A stretch of 64,000 nt of DNA, from positions 4,927 through 68,926 of the IMG/VR virus record IMGVR_UViG_3300005613_000050; one strand, 5' to 3'. Positions 39,730-49,261 of this stretch are shown piece by piece. The notes beneath the pieces were generated by a model. It worked only from the letters and a program-made list of their open reading frames with translations, searched no databases and was not told the DNA's origin. Both the position numbers and the translations under genes were made by a program. This DNA comes from a virus. Within the stretch, counting starts at the first letter, position 1. The number at the start of each line of letters is the position of its first letter.

Positions 39730-40569
39730 ATGAAAAAGATTGAAGTTATTAACTTAAAAGATATTTTGGCTGACGAAGCATTTAACTGTCGTGGCCGTAT
39801 TATGGGTACAGATGTTATTGACCTATCTAAAGATATTGAAGAGAATGGTCTTGATAGCCCTGTTACCATACAGACTTGGGATAAAGACGGCTATAAATAC
39901 CGTCTAGTTGCAGGGTTCCGGCGGTTCATGGCTCATCGCGTCCTTAAGAAAGAAAATATTGAATGTATTGTTCGTGAGTTTACAGATGAAAAAGAAGCAC
40001 GACTCATGAATATGCGTGAAAATATTATACGCAAAGAGTTGAATATCTTGCAAGAAGCTAAATCTATTAATCGTCTTTTAGCCATGGGTATGGGTATTAA
40101 AGCTATTGCTAAAGAGTTCTCACGTTCAGTAACTTGGGCACAAGTTCGTAAGGATTTGCTTGATCTACCAGAAGAGATTCAAAGTGAAGCAGCAGCAGGG
40201 CTATTAAATCAAAAACAAATTAAACAGCTTTGTAAGTTGCCAACTAAAGATATGCAATATGCAGCTACAAGAAAAATTAAAGACGCTAAATTCCGTGGTG
40301 ATGATATGCCTCGAATAACACCTAAAGTAAAAGAAAGTTCTCATGTTAAACGTCTACGGAAAAAGGTTGAGATCTTTTATATGCAAATGCACATCCAGAA
40401 AGCAATTAGTAATAACATTGGTACACGTTGTTTAGCTTGGGCAGCAGGGGAGATTAGTGATGCAGAGATTTTCAATGAAGTTGAAAAAATAGCGCAAGAT
40501 AAAGGTATATCCTATATTAAGCCAACTCATAGTGTTGCTACTCTTGTAGACCATGACCCAAGGGGGTAA
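39730..40569 (+). CDS. parB: ParB/Spo0J-family protein 2
   Basis: FNCR, DIEENGLDSPV, YRLVAGFRRFMA, NMRENIIRKELN, HTH (IAKEFSRSVTW). Confidence 0.92.
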   Translation: MKKIEVINLKDILADEAFNCRGRIMGTDVIDLSKDIEENGLDSPVTIQTWDKDGYKYRLVAGFRRFMAHRVLKKENIECIVREFTDEKEARLMNMRENIIRKELNILQEAKSINRLLAMGMGIKAIAKEFSRSVTWAQVRKDLLDLPEEIQSEAAAGLLNQKQIKQLCKLPTKDMQYAATRKIKDAKFRGDDMPRITPKVKESSHVKRLRKKVEIFYMQMHIQKAISNNIGTRCLAWAAGEISDAEIFNEVEKIAQDKGISYIKPTHSVATLVDHDPRG

Positions 40570-40572
40570 GCT

Positions 40573-40764
40573 ATGAAAATTGAAGAGTTATCAAATAAAG
40601 AACTATATGAAATATATTCTTACTACTTCATGGAACGGCTACCAAAAGGAGCAAAAATATCAAAAATGGCTCACGGTACATCTAACCATGAAGTGACATG
40701 TATTTATACAAAAGATAATAAACAATACTTTACAAGCGAAATTATACCGGAGAGGTTACGATGA
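40573..40764 (+). CDS. Hypothetical protein
   Basis: Tiles operon, ATGA overlap with polymerase. Confidence 0.55.
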   Translation: MKIEELSNKELYEIYSYYFMERLPKGAKISKMAHGTSNHEVTCIYTKDNKQYFTSEIIPERLR

Positions 40765-42977
40765 TTTATTATGATACAGAGACTTGTGGCTTTAAAGGTC
40801 CGATGGTTTTGCTTCAATATGCTGTAAATGAAGGTCCGATACAATTAGTAAACATTTGGAAACAACCAGTTGAAGAGACTTTAGAATTAATTGAGTGTAT
40901 GTTGCAGGATACTAATTGTGCTTTCAATTTAGTTTTTGACCATTTCCAACTCTGTAAAATTTATGGTATGTTTGAGCTTTTACCTAATCATACAAAATGC
41001 CCTCAAGATTATTTAGATGAGTTAACAACTCAAGAGTGGCATGATATTGAGAAGAGAGCAAGAGACGTAAAATGCCTTAAACCTAAAAATTGTTTTGATG
41101 TTATGCTACACGCACGTAAAGGTCCTTATCAAAGTACAATGGATCGTAAAGACATTTGGGTGAAACGTGTACCAACGGCTATAGCTCAACAGTTAGCTGA
41201 TACACTTGAAGAGCTTATACCTTTAAAGAAGATTTATTTTTCAGGTTTTAAAGACAAAAACAGAAAACATTGGCAAGTCGAAGATATTATTGACGCTGAA
41301 GGTGAGGTCGTAACAAACCTAAAAAATATTGTCTTGAGGTTTCGAGCGTCTTCTGCCCTTAAGAATCTAGCTGTTGATGCTCTTGGTCTTGATGAGAATG
41401 ATGTTCTTCGTTTCGGGACTATTGGTGTTGATAAGCACTATTATCCTAATGAGGATAAATATGTCCCATATGGTAGTGATTGGGTTGGGAAGATTATTCA
41501 CCATATTAACTATTGGGCTTTTAATCCATTGGCTAAGCAATACGCAGGAGACGATGTAAAATATGTCAGAGAACTTTATCATTATTTCGGTGATCCTCCT
41601 GTTGGTGACGCTGACTCTGAGCTTGCCGCGATGGTGGCAGCAGTAAGATGGAAAGGTTTTAGTGTTGATTGCGGTAAGCTATCTGAGTTAGCAACTCAAG
41701 CCCGAGCTAAAGCAGAAAATATCCCTACTGCACCTTCTACTGCTAAGAAGTATTTAATACAGCATATGAATGAATTTGAACGAAGCATTATCCAAGAGTC
41801 CACAAAAAAGGTTGTTCTTCAAGAAGTAGCAAAATGGAAAGATCACCCCGCTGCTAAAGCCGCTAGAGATATTCTGCAAGCAAGACAAGCATTAAAAGAG
41901 GTTGAACTTTATGATAAACTTATTGCTGCGGAGCGGTTCCATGCCGGCTTTAGAATCATTGGTACAAAAAGCACACGTATGTCGGGTAGTGATGGTCTTA
42001 ATCCTCAAGGTATTAAGAAAGACGGTAAAGTCAGAAGTTGTTTTGGTCTTGCTCCAGATGGTATGATACTATGTGGTGGTGATTTTGACGCATTTGAAGT
42101 GAGTCTAGCGGAAGCTATTTACAATGACGCTGAACTCCGTAAAGTTCTTTTAAGTGGTAAGAAGCTCCATGCTCTGTTTGCCATGTCTATGTACCCAGGT
42201 TCTACTTATGAAGAGATTATGGAGGAAAATAAGCGCGATGAATTTGATCCACAATATGTAAATGGTACACGTTATAAAGATGGTAAGCAAGGTGTTTTTG
42301 GTAAGATTTATGGTGGCGATTATAACACAATGGTACAGAAACTTGGACTTTCAGAGGAGGTAGCCAAACAAGCTGAAGCTAATTTTGAGCGTCAATTTCC
42401 GGGTATTGCCAAAGCTAGGATGCGTATACAAGATATGTTTTGTTGTATGACACAGCCTAATGGCATTGGTTCACAAGTCATTTGGAAAGAACCTAAAGAT
42501 TATATTGAAAGCATTTTTGGGTTCCGTAGATATTTTACCCTAGAGAATAAGATTTGTAAAGCTCTTTATGATTTAGCACAGAATCCACCTAAAGAATGGA
42601 GAAACATTCGTGGTAAGATTATTCGTAGAGAGCGAACACAAACAATCTCAGGTGCAACAATGAGTGGTTTATATGCGGCAGCTTTCAATATTCAATCACA
42701 AAATATGAGAGCAGCTTCAAACCATGAGATACAAAGTCCGGGCGCAACAATAACTAAAGAAGTACAAAATGCCATTTGGAGCCACCAACCTATTGGTATA
42801 CATGATTTCAAAGTGATGCCCTTAAATATTCATGATGAAATCATGACAGCAGTTGCTCCAGAGTTAGTAAATCAAGTTAAAGAGACGGTCGAAGCTAAAG
42901 TAGAAAGTTACAGGGATCGTGTCCCACTTATCGCTCTTGAATGGAAGGCAGGATTAAAATCATGGGGAGAGAAATAA
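40761..42977 (+). CDS. polA: Family A DNA polymerase
   Basis: Exo I YDTET; STRMSG, motif A DFDAFE, motif B KQGVFGKIYG, motif C IHDE. Confidence 0.93.
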   Translation: MIYYDTETCGFKGPMVLLQYAVNEGPIQLVNIWKQPVEETLELIECMLQDTNCAFNLVFDHFQLCKIYGMFELLPNHTKCPQDYLDELTTQEWHDIEKRARDVKCLKPKNCFDVMLHARKGPYQSTMDRKDIWVKRVPTAIAQQLADTLEELIPLKKIYFSGFKDKNRKHWQVEDIIDAEGEVVTNLKNIVLRFRASSALKNLAVDALGLDENDVLRFGTIGVDKHYYPNEDKYVPYGSDWVGKIIHHINYWAFNPLAKQYAGDDVKYVRELYHYFGDPPVGDADSELAAMVAAVRWKGFSVDCGKLSELATQARAKAENIPTAPSTAKKYLIQHMNEFERSIIQESTKKVVLQEVAKWKDHPAAKAARDILQARQALKEVELYDKLIAAERFHAGFRIIGTKSTRMSGSDGLNPQGIKKDGKVRSCFGLAPDGMILCGGDFDAFEVSLAEAIYNDAELRKVLLSGKKLHALFAMSMYPGSTYEEIMEENKRDEFDPQYVNGTRYKDGKQGVFGKIYGGDYNTMVQKLGLSEEVAKQAEANFERQFPGIAKARMRIQDMFCCMTQPNGIGSQVIWKEPKDYIESIFGFRRYFTLENKICKALYDLAQNPPKEWRNIRGKIIRRERTQTISGATMSGLYAAAFNIQSQNMRAASNHEIQSPGATITKEVQNAIWSHQPIGIHDFKVMPLNIHDEIMTAVAPELVNQVKETVEAKVESYRDRVPLIALEWKAGLKSWGEK

Positions 42978-42982
42978 AAGAA

Positions 42983-43381
42983 ATGTCTTCTATAGTTCAA
43001 GATCGAATAAATAGACTAAGGAGACTAAAATATTTTTTAGATAATCAAACTAAAATCAACGAAGAAGTTAAAGACACTATTGATAATTTTTTAGATACCA
43101 ATCTCGCTTTAGTTGAGTTTGAGTTGTTTAAAGCTATGTTACAAGATAATACACCTATAGACGCATTATCTGATAACCGCTTACGAACAATAGCTAAAGC
43201 ATTAGGGGTACCACGTTATCGCTACTTAACTCGGCAAGAATTATTGGTACTTATCGAAAAAGAAGGAGAAGTTTATGGCACTACATACTCACATCCCAAT
43301 GCAGCATCCAAAAGAACCCTCAGAAGAATTTGTGCGCGAGACGCTAAAAACCTTAAAAATAAGGTTCCCGAAGAAGGCTAA
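42983..43381 (+). CDS. Hypothetical protein with Rho-N-like helical motif
   Basis: LRTIAKALGVPRYRYLTRQELL. Confidence 0.5.
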   Translation: MSSIVQDRINRLRRLKYFLDNQTKINEEVKDTIDNFLDTNLALVEFELFKAMLQDNTPIDALSDNRLRTIAKALGVPRYRYLTRQELLVLIEKEGEVYGTTYSHPNAASKRTLRRICARDAKNLKNKVPEEG

Positions 43382-43550
43382 AATTAAAAGTATTATGCCG
43401 GAGTTCCAAGAATATATGGCTATCAGGCGTTTGATGCCAGACGCTGCTTGGGAGAACTATAGAACACTCGGTATTAGGGATTTAACAGAGATTAAACTAA
43501 TGAATAAGGCTATTAAAGCCCTACGTAAAGGAGTAAAAGAAAATGGCTAG
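43275..43550 (+). CDS. Hypothetical protein
   Basis: AAGGAG RBS. Confidence 0.5.
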   Translation: MALHTHIPMQHPKEPSEEFVRETLKTLKIRFPKKAKIKSIMPEFQEYMAIRRLMPDAAWENYRTLGIRDLTEIKLMNKAIKALRKGVKENG

Positions 43551-43782
43551 GAAAAATATTATCAGTATTAAGAAACAGAAAGACCTGCTTAAAGATTGTG
43601 TGTTTAATAGTACGGCTTGTAAGCAAATGCAAATCATTATTGATATGGATGATATTAGCTATTACAAGAATCGTGCTATTGAGTTTATAACTCAAGGGAA
43701 ATTAGTTGAAGCTCAAATGTTACTTAATATTGCGAGGTATAAAAATGAGGAGTCTAAAAGCGAGAAAAAAGCACGGTCCTGA
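43543..43782 (+). CDS. Hypothetical protein
   Basis: AAGGAG RBS. Confidence 0.55.
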   Translation: MARKNIISIKKQKDLLKDCVFNSTACKQMQIIIDMDDISYYKNRAIEFITQGKLVEAQMLLNIARYKNEESKSEKKARS

Positions 43783-44083
43783 ATGGTACATACAACAAGA
43801 CATTATTAAATTCTTAAGAGCCAGGGAATGGTTTGTGAAGCCTACACATGGTAATGCCCATCAAAGCGGCTTTCCTGACTTGTTCTGTTGCCATAGGAAA
43901 TATGGGTATAGATGGGTTGAGGTAAAGAACCCTAAGAGCTATAAATTTACACCTGCTCAAAAAGAGTGTTTCCCTTTATTTTGTGCTAATGGTAGTGGTA
44001 TATGGGTAATGACTGCTGCCACAGAAGAAGAGTATCAGAAAATTTTAAAACATCCTTTTAATTGGTGGCAATATTTAAAATAA
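43745..44083 (+). CDS. VRR-NUC nuclease (Holliday junction resolvase-like)
   Basis: E..IQ, SGFPDL, WVEVK, TPAQ. Confidence 0.85.
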   Translation: MRSLKARKKHGPEWYIQQDIIKFLRAREWFVKPTHGNAHQSGFPDLFCCHRKYGYRWVEVKNPKSYKFTPAQKECFPLFCANGSGIWVMTAATEEEYQKILKHPFNWWQYLK

Positions 44084-44089
44084 GGAAAA

Positions 44090-44572
44090 ATGATGAAAAA
44101 TGCGCTCATGTTATTAGACACAGGTAATCTCTTTTATAATGTAAGTAAAAAGTTCCCGAACCATAGAATTAACTATGCTAATTTTCTTAAAACTATACCA
44201 GATGATTTTGACACTGTTAAGAAAATTGCTTTTGGTTCTTACCGTGAAGAAAATAAGAGGGCAATGTCATTTATGTTTGCTCTTAGTAAACTTGATTTCG
44301 TTGTTCGTTTCAAAAAGTTAGTAGATCAAAAATTCTATAAACCTACTATTGATATTGTTATTGAAGCATATGAAAATATTGATATTGATTGTCTTATCTT
44401 AGGTTCTAATAATCTTAGTCTACTACCTTTAATTAAAAAATTCAAAGAAAGAGGTATTAAGGTATATGTTGTGGGGTGTAATATGCCTAAACCTTTTGAG
44501 CATATAGCAGATAAAATTATTGAGATAAATGAGGAGTTTCTAGCAGATGAAGTTAATAACTCAAAAGAATAA
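44090..44572 (+). CDS. NYN/LabA (PIN-like) domain protein
   Basis: LLDTGNL, ILGSNN.SLLPLI..GIKVYVVG..AD; acidic catalytic residues look partly replaced. Confidence 0.75.
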   Translation: MMKNALMLLDTGNLFYNVSKKFPNHRINYANFLKTIPDDFDTVKKIAFGSYREENKRAMSFMFALSKLDFVVRFKKLVDQKFYKPTIDIVIEAYENIDIDCLILGSNNLSLLPLIKKFKERGIKVYVVGCNMPKPFEHIADKIIEINEEFLADEVNNSKE

Positions 44573-44945
44573 TTCCTGTATACTATATTCTTTAGCTATG
44601 TGTTTAAACCTAGATCCTCAAGAGTTAATAACTTATGCTGGTCATGATGGCACTGAGATGTTCGGTGATAAAGATAGGGCATACACGATTGAAGAGTTTG
44701 TAACTTTTCTCTTCAATCGTGGCTATTGTGCTATACCTTTTGTTCGTCGTGCTGGATACAATGGTAAAGTTATTAACTTTAAGAATGACCCACCTTTACA
44801 TTATCAGGGTATTTTAATTTATGGTAATCACGCTGTAGCTTGGGATGGTGAACATATTTATGACCCACGTGGTAAAGTTACTAACTTTAATCAAGATTGG
44901 GATGTGTTTTGGCTTATTGAGTTGTTACTCAATAATAATTTTTGA
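44547..44945 (+). CDS. Papain-fold cysteine peptidase, C39-like
   Basis: Q-x4-C (TQKNNSCILYSLAM), HAVAWDG, IYDP. Confidence 0.6.
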   Translation: MKLITQKNNSCILYSLAMCLNLDPQELITYAGHDGTEMFGDKDRAYTIEEFVTFLFNRGYCAIPFVRRAGYNGKVINFKNDPPLHYQGILIYGNHAVAWDGEHIYDPRGKVTNFNQDWDVFWLIELLLNNNF

Positions 44946-44993
44946 GTTTGAGTTTTACACGAAAAAAAAGTTTTTACAATGATTTTTTCGTGT

Positions 44994-45021
44994 TTGACAA
45001 AGGCGTTTTTTGTGGTAAAAT
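44994..45021 (+). promoter_or_regulatory. Sigma70-type promoter
   Basis: TTGACA-16 bp-TAAAAT with TGn extension, upstream of phage sigma gene. Confidence 0.75.
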
Positions 45022-45124
45022 TAATACATTAATATGGCGCGGAGGTCATGCAAAATTTACTAACTCCAACTCAAACAATGTTTTTGAGTAATTACTTAAA
45101 GTTACTAAATCAAGAGGGGATTAT

Positions 45125-45817
45125 ATGTTTTTAAAAGGCATACCTTATTTAAAAGGGAAAAGACATCCAAGCGTACTAACGTCACAAAAATATAATAGAT
45201 TAGACGAGAGTGAACTCCTTGATTTAGTAACTTATTACTTTAAACATCAAGACCAAGAATCAAGAGACAAGATTATTGAGTCTCATATGCCTTTGGCTTT
45301 GAACATTGCTTCAAAATATATTTATAAACGACCAAATAAAGCGGACGAGATTCAAGCCGAAGCAGTAGCAGCTTTATGTAAGTTAGTAACTCAAGCAAAA
45401 GAAAAAATGTATGATACAGATATAACTAAATATTTACGTTGTAACATACACGGGGCTATAGCTACATACTTGCGTTACGATAATTTATTCGCATTACCTG
45501 CGGGTGAGAAATGTAGAGTATATAGTCTTGCACCTAAAATAGAAAAAGGTAAAGAAGACCCAGACAACATAGCGTACACAAACGAAACAGAATCGTCTGC
45601 ACTCCCTCCGAGTACAGATGATCACCTGTTAGATATTTTTGAATCTTTAGAATGTCTAACACATATAGAAAAGAAAATAATCTTGTTGAGGGTGGAAGGG
45701 TACAATGATCCTGAAATCGCTGAACAGCTAGGATATACTAAAAACCGTATTGGTCAATACAGGAAAGATATAGGTAATAAACTTAAGTTAGTAACTCTAT
45801 CAAAAAGGAGAGTATGA
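45125..45817 (+). CDS. Phage sigma70-family sigma factor
   Basis: RDKIIESHMPLALNIASKY (region 2); EKKIILLRVEGY..EIAEQLG (region 4 HTH). Confidence 0.8.
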   Translation: MFLKGIPYLKGKRHPSVLTSQKYNRLDESELLDLVTYYFKHQDQESRDKIIESHMPLALNIASKYIYKRPNKADEIQAEAVAALCKLVTQAKEKMYDTDITKYLRCNIHGAIATYLRYDNLFALPAGEKCRVYSLAPKIEKGKEDPDNIAYTNETESSALPPSTDDHLLDIFESLECLTHIEKKIILLRVEGYNDPEIAEQLGYTKNRIGQYRKDIGNKLKLVTLSKRRV

Positions 45818-46245
45818 TGGAATATTTTAATAAAGTATTCTTTAACCCACCTTATCGTATTACTGCTACGCTTATTAAAAAGATTCAAGAAACTGGATTA
45901 TTTGAAAATCTACCAGAACAAAGTAATCTTTGTTCTAATTTAGGATGTGATTGTACAAGTATTACAGAATATATACATGGTACTCGTGATGGTAAAAAGG
46001 GTATGTTTTTATCTGATCTTGTTCTTGCTGTTGATGAATATTGTACTCGCATGAACATTCTTCTCACAGACAAAGATGGGAAACACGAAATAAGCATCCA
46101 TAACTATCACCCAGAATTTGAATCAAATTACACATATATTCGTCCATATGTCTTTGAACCAAATTTTGGTCATGGGGTTAAATGGATTGAGTTAGCACCC
46201 AATAAATGTACTAAGTTGTTTAAACGATGGGAAAATATGATTTAA
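45814..46245 (+). CDS. Hypothetical protein
   Basis: AAGGAG RBS, ATGA overlap. Confidence 0.6.
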   Translation: MMEYFNKVFFNPPYRITATLIKKIQETGLFENLPEQSNLCSNLGCDCTSITEYIHGTRDGKKGMFLSDLVLAVDEYCTRMNILLTDKDGKHEISIHNYHPEFESNYTYIRPYVFEPNFGHGVKWIELAPNKCTKLFKRWENMI

Positions 46246-46255
46246 TAACTTAAAT

Positions 46256-46341
46256 AGGCATATGGCGGAATGGCAGACGCAACGGATTTAAAATCCGTTT
46301 CTCATAAGAGAGTGAGGGTTCGACTCCCTCTATGCCTACCA
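46256..46341 (+). tRNA. trnL: tRNA-Leu(TAA)
   Basis: Acceptor AGGCATA/TATGCCT, anticodon arm ACGGA-TTTAAAA-TCCGT, long variable arm, GGTTCGACTCC, encoded CCA. Confidence 0.95.
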
Positions 46342-46347
46342 TTTTTA

Positions 46348-46393
46348 GGGTCTATAGCTCAGTTGGTCGTAGGTTCAAGTCCTACCAGACCCA
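46348..46393 (+). pseudogene. Internally deleted tRNA lacking anticodon arm
   Basis: GGGTCTA-TAGCTCAGTTGGT joined directly to CGTAGGTTCAAGTCCTAC-CAGACCCA. Confidence 0.75.
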
Positions 46394-46407
46394 TTTAAGG
46401 GGATAAT

Positions 46408-46749
46408 ATGACTAAAGTCAAATGTATGATAACCTTTACTGACGAATACGAACTTGACCCTGAACTTTACCCTGAGGGTAGTAATATCCAAGATATGATT
46501 GCCATTGATATGGCATCAGCGCAGAAAGACCCAATAACGTTTTGTAATGATATGCCTTGTGAAATCGATATTAAAGTTAATAACTCAGTTTCGCTCAAAG
46601 AACTTATCAATGAGTTTTTCTCTATTTTAGAAGAGACAGAGGTATCGGACAGTGGTACAGAATTTCACCCAACAACCATAAACAGTTGTAGAGTCTTTAA
46701 GACACAAAGGCTAGGTGAGCTTATTGCAGCCATTAAGGAGCAATTATGA
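46408..46749 (+). CDS. Hypothetical protein
   Basis: RBS AAGGGG, ATGA overlap. Confidence 0.6.
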   Translation: MTKVKCMITFTDEYELDPELYPEGSNIQDMIAIDMASAQKDPITFCNDMPCEIDIKVNNSVSLKELINEFFSILEETEVSDSGTEFHPTTINSCRVFKTQRLGELIAAIKEQL

Positions 46750-47063
46750 TTATATATGAACCAGATACAAGAACCAAAATTATTATCAAACATGATGCAG
46801 GGTATCGTGAAGAATGTAAAATCAGAGACAGTATGGTTGAGTTAGCAGATCAAGATATGCAACTTATTGATATTCTTGATGCAGCTATCTCCACTGATAC
46901 ACAACTTGAACGTCTTCAAGATCGCTATTATCATGCCGATACTCTTCTTGATAATATTAAAGCCCATCTTGATAAGCTACCGAGAAAACCACTTAAAGAA
47001 GATCTTGTTAATTTTGTTAAAGATCTTCAAAGTGAAATTGAAAACTCATACCATGAATTTTAA
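46746..47063 (+). CDS. Hypothetical protein
   Basis: AAGGAG RBS. Confidence 0.6.
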   Translation: MIIYEPDTRTKIIIKHDAGYREECKIRDSMVELADQDMQLIDILDAAISTDTQLERLQDRYYHADTLLDNIKAHLDKLPRKPLKEDLVNFVKDLQSEIENSYHEF

Positions 47064-47236
47064 CTCGCAGGTTTATTTACCGGAGTGTGTAAGATACGCA
47101 CTCCACTTTTGGAGGGCGTTTTTTAATGAGATACGTTTGTGGTTTCCTCATTATAAGCTTTTTAATATTCTATTTTATTTGTCTCTATAGGGCTATAGAT
47201 TCTTGGAGAAAGAGTTAATAACTTAAAGGGGAAGGT

Positions 47237-47803
47237 ATGAAAACGATCACACTAAACAAAGAAAATACAATTCACATTTTAGGCAATTTGTATAAATGGA
47301 TTCCAGATAACCACGAGCCGTATAATCTCGTTGTTGAAGACGGGATAGACATCACCACTCGCGGCGGGAATATCGACACTCACGGCGGTAGCATCTACAC
47401 CAACGGCGGTCGCATCTACACTAACGGCGGGAATATCTACACTTACGGCGGGAATATCGACACTAACGGCGGGAATATCTACACTCGCGGCGGGAATATA
47501 CACACTCACGGCGGTAGCATCTACACCAACGGCGGACGTATTACATCTAACAAGTTGACTTGCGGAACATTGTACTGGCAGTCAATGTCAATACCAGACG
47601 TAAAAGAGATTGAGTGCAAAATCGTATATCCAGAAACCTCTACTCGCAGTCATTGGCAAGAACGCCTATCGGATTGGGTTGACATAAGCGAAGGATGCTA
47701 CGAAGAGTTGCTAGAAAAGGTTCGTCCGCATCTCGACGATATTTTAACATCGGAAAAATGGTCAAAATGTGAGCGCTGGATAATTGGGAGTTGGAGGGCG
47801 TGA
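47237..47803 (+). CDS. Protein with heptad TxGGxI[YD] repeats (beta-solenoid-like)
   Basis: About 9 x 21-bp repeats at 47350-47545. Confidence 0.7.
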   Translation: MKTITLNKENTIHILGNLYKWIPDNHEPYNLVVEDGIDITTRGGNIDTHGGSIYTNGGRIYTNGGNIYTYGGNIDTNGGNIYTRGGNIHTHGGSIYTNGGRITSNKLTCGTLYWQSMSIPDVKEIECKIVYPETSTRSHWQERLSDWVDISEGCYEELLEKVRPHLDDILTSEKWSKCERWIIGSWRA

Positions 47804-47876
47804 TGAAATATATCATATTTGCCTCTGGTGTGGTTCTTTGGTGGGTATTTTGGATTTATATTGCTTAGGAGGACGC

Positions 47877-48005
47877 ATGAATGAATTAGACAAGTGCTGT
47901 AAGTGTGGATGTGATTTGCGTCGTGACGAAATGACAATGTGCGAATATTGCCAGAAAGAAGTAAACAAACTTATCGCTAAAGCAAAGGAGAACGAAGATG
48001 AGTGA
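47877..48005 (+). CDS. Small Zn-ribbon protein
   Basis: AGGAGG RBS; CCKCG..CEYC. Confidence 0.5.
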   Translation: MNELDKCCKCGCDLRRDEMTMCEYCQKEVNKLIAKAKENEDE

Positions 48006-48207
48006 GAATACACAAGATATCGAAGAGATTCGCCAACAGCGGGATGTGCTGCTAGAGGCTTGCAAGAAAATAAGTTATGCAGTCCCCGACCTACTCGATC
48101 ACTCTTTAGATATTGCGATAATCAAGCGGGCGGTAAAAGTAGCGAAAGCCGCCATCTCAGAAGTAAACAAACTTATCGCCAAGGTAAATGAGAACGAAAA
48201 TGATTAA
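47998..48207 (+). CDS. Hypothetical protein
   Basis: AAGGAG RBS; QRDVLLEACK. Confidence 0.55.
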   Translation: MSENTQDIEEIRQQRDVLLEACKKISYAVPDLLDHSLDIAIIKRAVKVAKAAISEVNKLIAKVNENEND

Positions 48208-48237
48208 GAAAGATACATCTTTTTAGAAAGGAAAAGC

Positions 48238-48870
48238 ATGTCTAAAGATGTTATGGCAAAAATCGCGAGCAAAGATCGCGCATATTTCAATTTGTTGATT
48301 GAAATTCAAAACACTAAAAAGAAATATCCAACTCTGAGAAGTGGACAAAACATATTCAACACAGTACATGATTTATACCCAAAAATTGCAAATTATTATC
48401 GCAGCGGTGCTATCGATCCATTCTACAAAGATCATCGGATTGATCTATTTTTGAAAGCAGTGCGTAGAGATTTAGACAAAATGGATAAAGAAGTTAATAA
48501 CTCAAAGGGGAATGAAATGCCAGCAAAAACAGAAAAGCTGTTGTATTTCCGAAATTGTCTTGGTGGTATTGAACTTGCAATTGATGTGGAAGAGATAATA
48601 ATACCTTATATTGATAGGTATTTCACCTTTTTCCACCATATTGATAGGTCAGATGTTTATAATAGACACCTCATTTCAGAATATAAAACTGGGAAAGTGA
48701 TCGGATGTGGATTAACAAAAGAAAAAGCAATTGAAAATACTGTCACCTCAATCAATAGTATTGGAATAAAAAAGTTTAACGAAAATATCGAAGACGTAAT
48801 CGAAAAATATGGTATTATAAACAGCTTGAAACAGGGTGAGGAATGTTGCGCACACAAGGAGAAAGCATGA
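48238..48870 (+). CDS. Hypothetical protein (possibly two fused modules)
   Basis: LRSGQ..FN..DPFY N-terminal module; internal RBS-like AAGGGG before MPAK. Confidence 0.6.
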   Translation: MSKDVMAKIASKDRAYFNLLIEIQNTKKKYPTLRSGQNIFNTVHDLYPKIANYYRSGAIDPFYKDHRIDLFLKAVRRDLDKMDKEVNNSKGNEMPAKTEKLLYFRNCLGGIELAIDVEEIIIPYIDRYFTFFHHIDRSDVYNRHLISEYKTGKVIGCGLTKEKAIENTVTSINSIGIKKFNENIEDVIEKYGIINSLKQGEECCAHKEKA

Positions 48871-49073
48871 GCATTGAATGTGAACCACTCACAGCACAAG
48901 AAGCGTTTATTGAAAAGATTGACTCGATCCGTAATCATCTTGGGCAGATCAAAAAACTTGTTGATGGAGCTGAGAATCAAATGAACCCAGAAAATATCTC
49001 GTGGAGTGATGTTAGCGACCTCTGCCATGTTGAAGAAAAATTGAATGAAGTCCTTTTAGGAGAAACAAAATGA
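48867..49073 (+). CDS. Hypothetical protein
   Basis: AAGGAG RBS; PENISWSDV. Confidence 0.6.
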   Translation: MSIECEPLTAQEAFIEKIDSIRNHLGQIKKLVDGAENQMNPENISWSDVSDLCHVEEKLNEVLLGETK

Positions 49074-49261
49074 TGGTCGTACAATGCTATGTATGTGGCT
49101 GTGTACGCATCAAGGAAGAAGGCAACAGTAAATATTGGCACTTAGCTTCACATGGTACTTGCAGTGAGTGTTCTAAGTTAACAACTCAAGAACAAATTCA
49201 AAAGGCATACGATTATCATCTTAATTATGTTGAAGAGATGAAGAAAAAAGGAGCCAAATAA
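49070..49261 (+). CDS. Small Zn-binding protein
   Basis: CYVC..SHGTCSEC. Confidence 0.6.
   Translation: MMVVQCYVCGCVRIKEEGNSKYWHLASHGTCSECSKLTTQEQIQKAYDYHLNYVEEMKKKGAK

Noticed and set aside
46256-46393. Prophage attachment site at the tRNAs
   Set aside because: Phage-like genes continue on both sides, no duplicated tRNA 3' end and no integrase in the window
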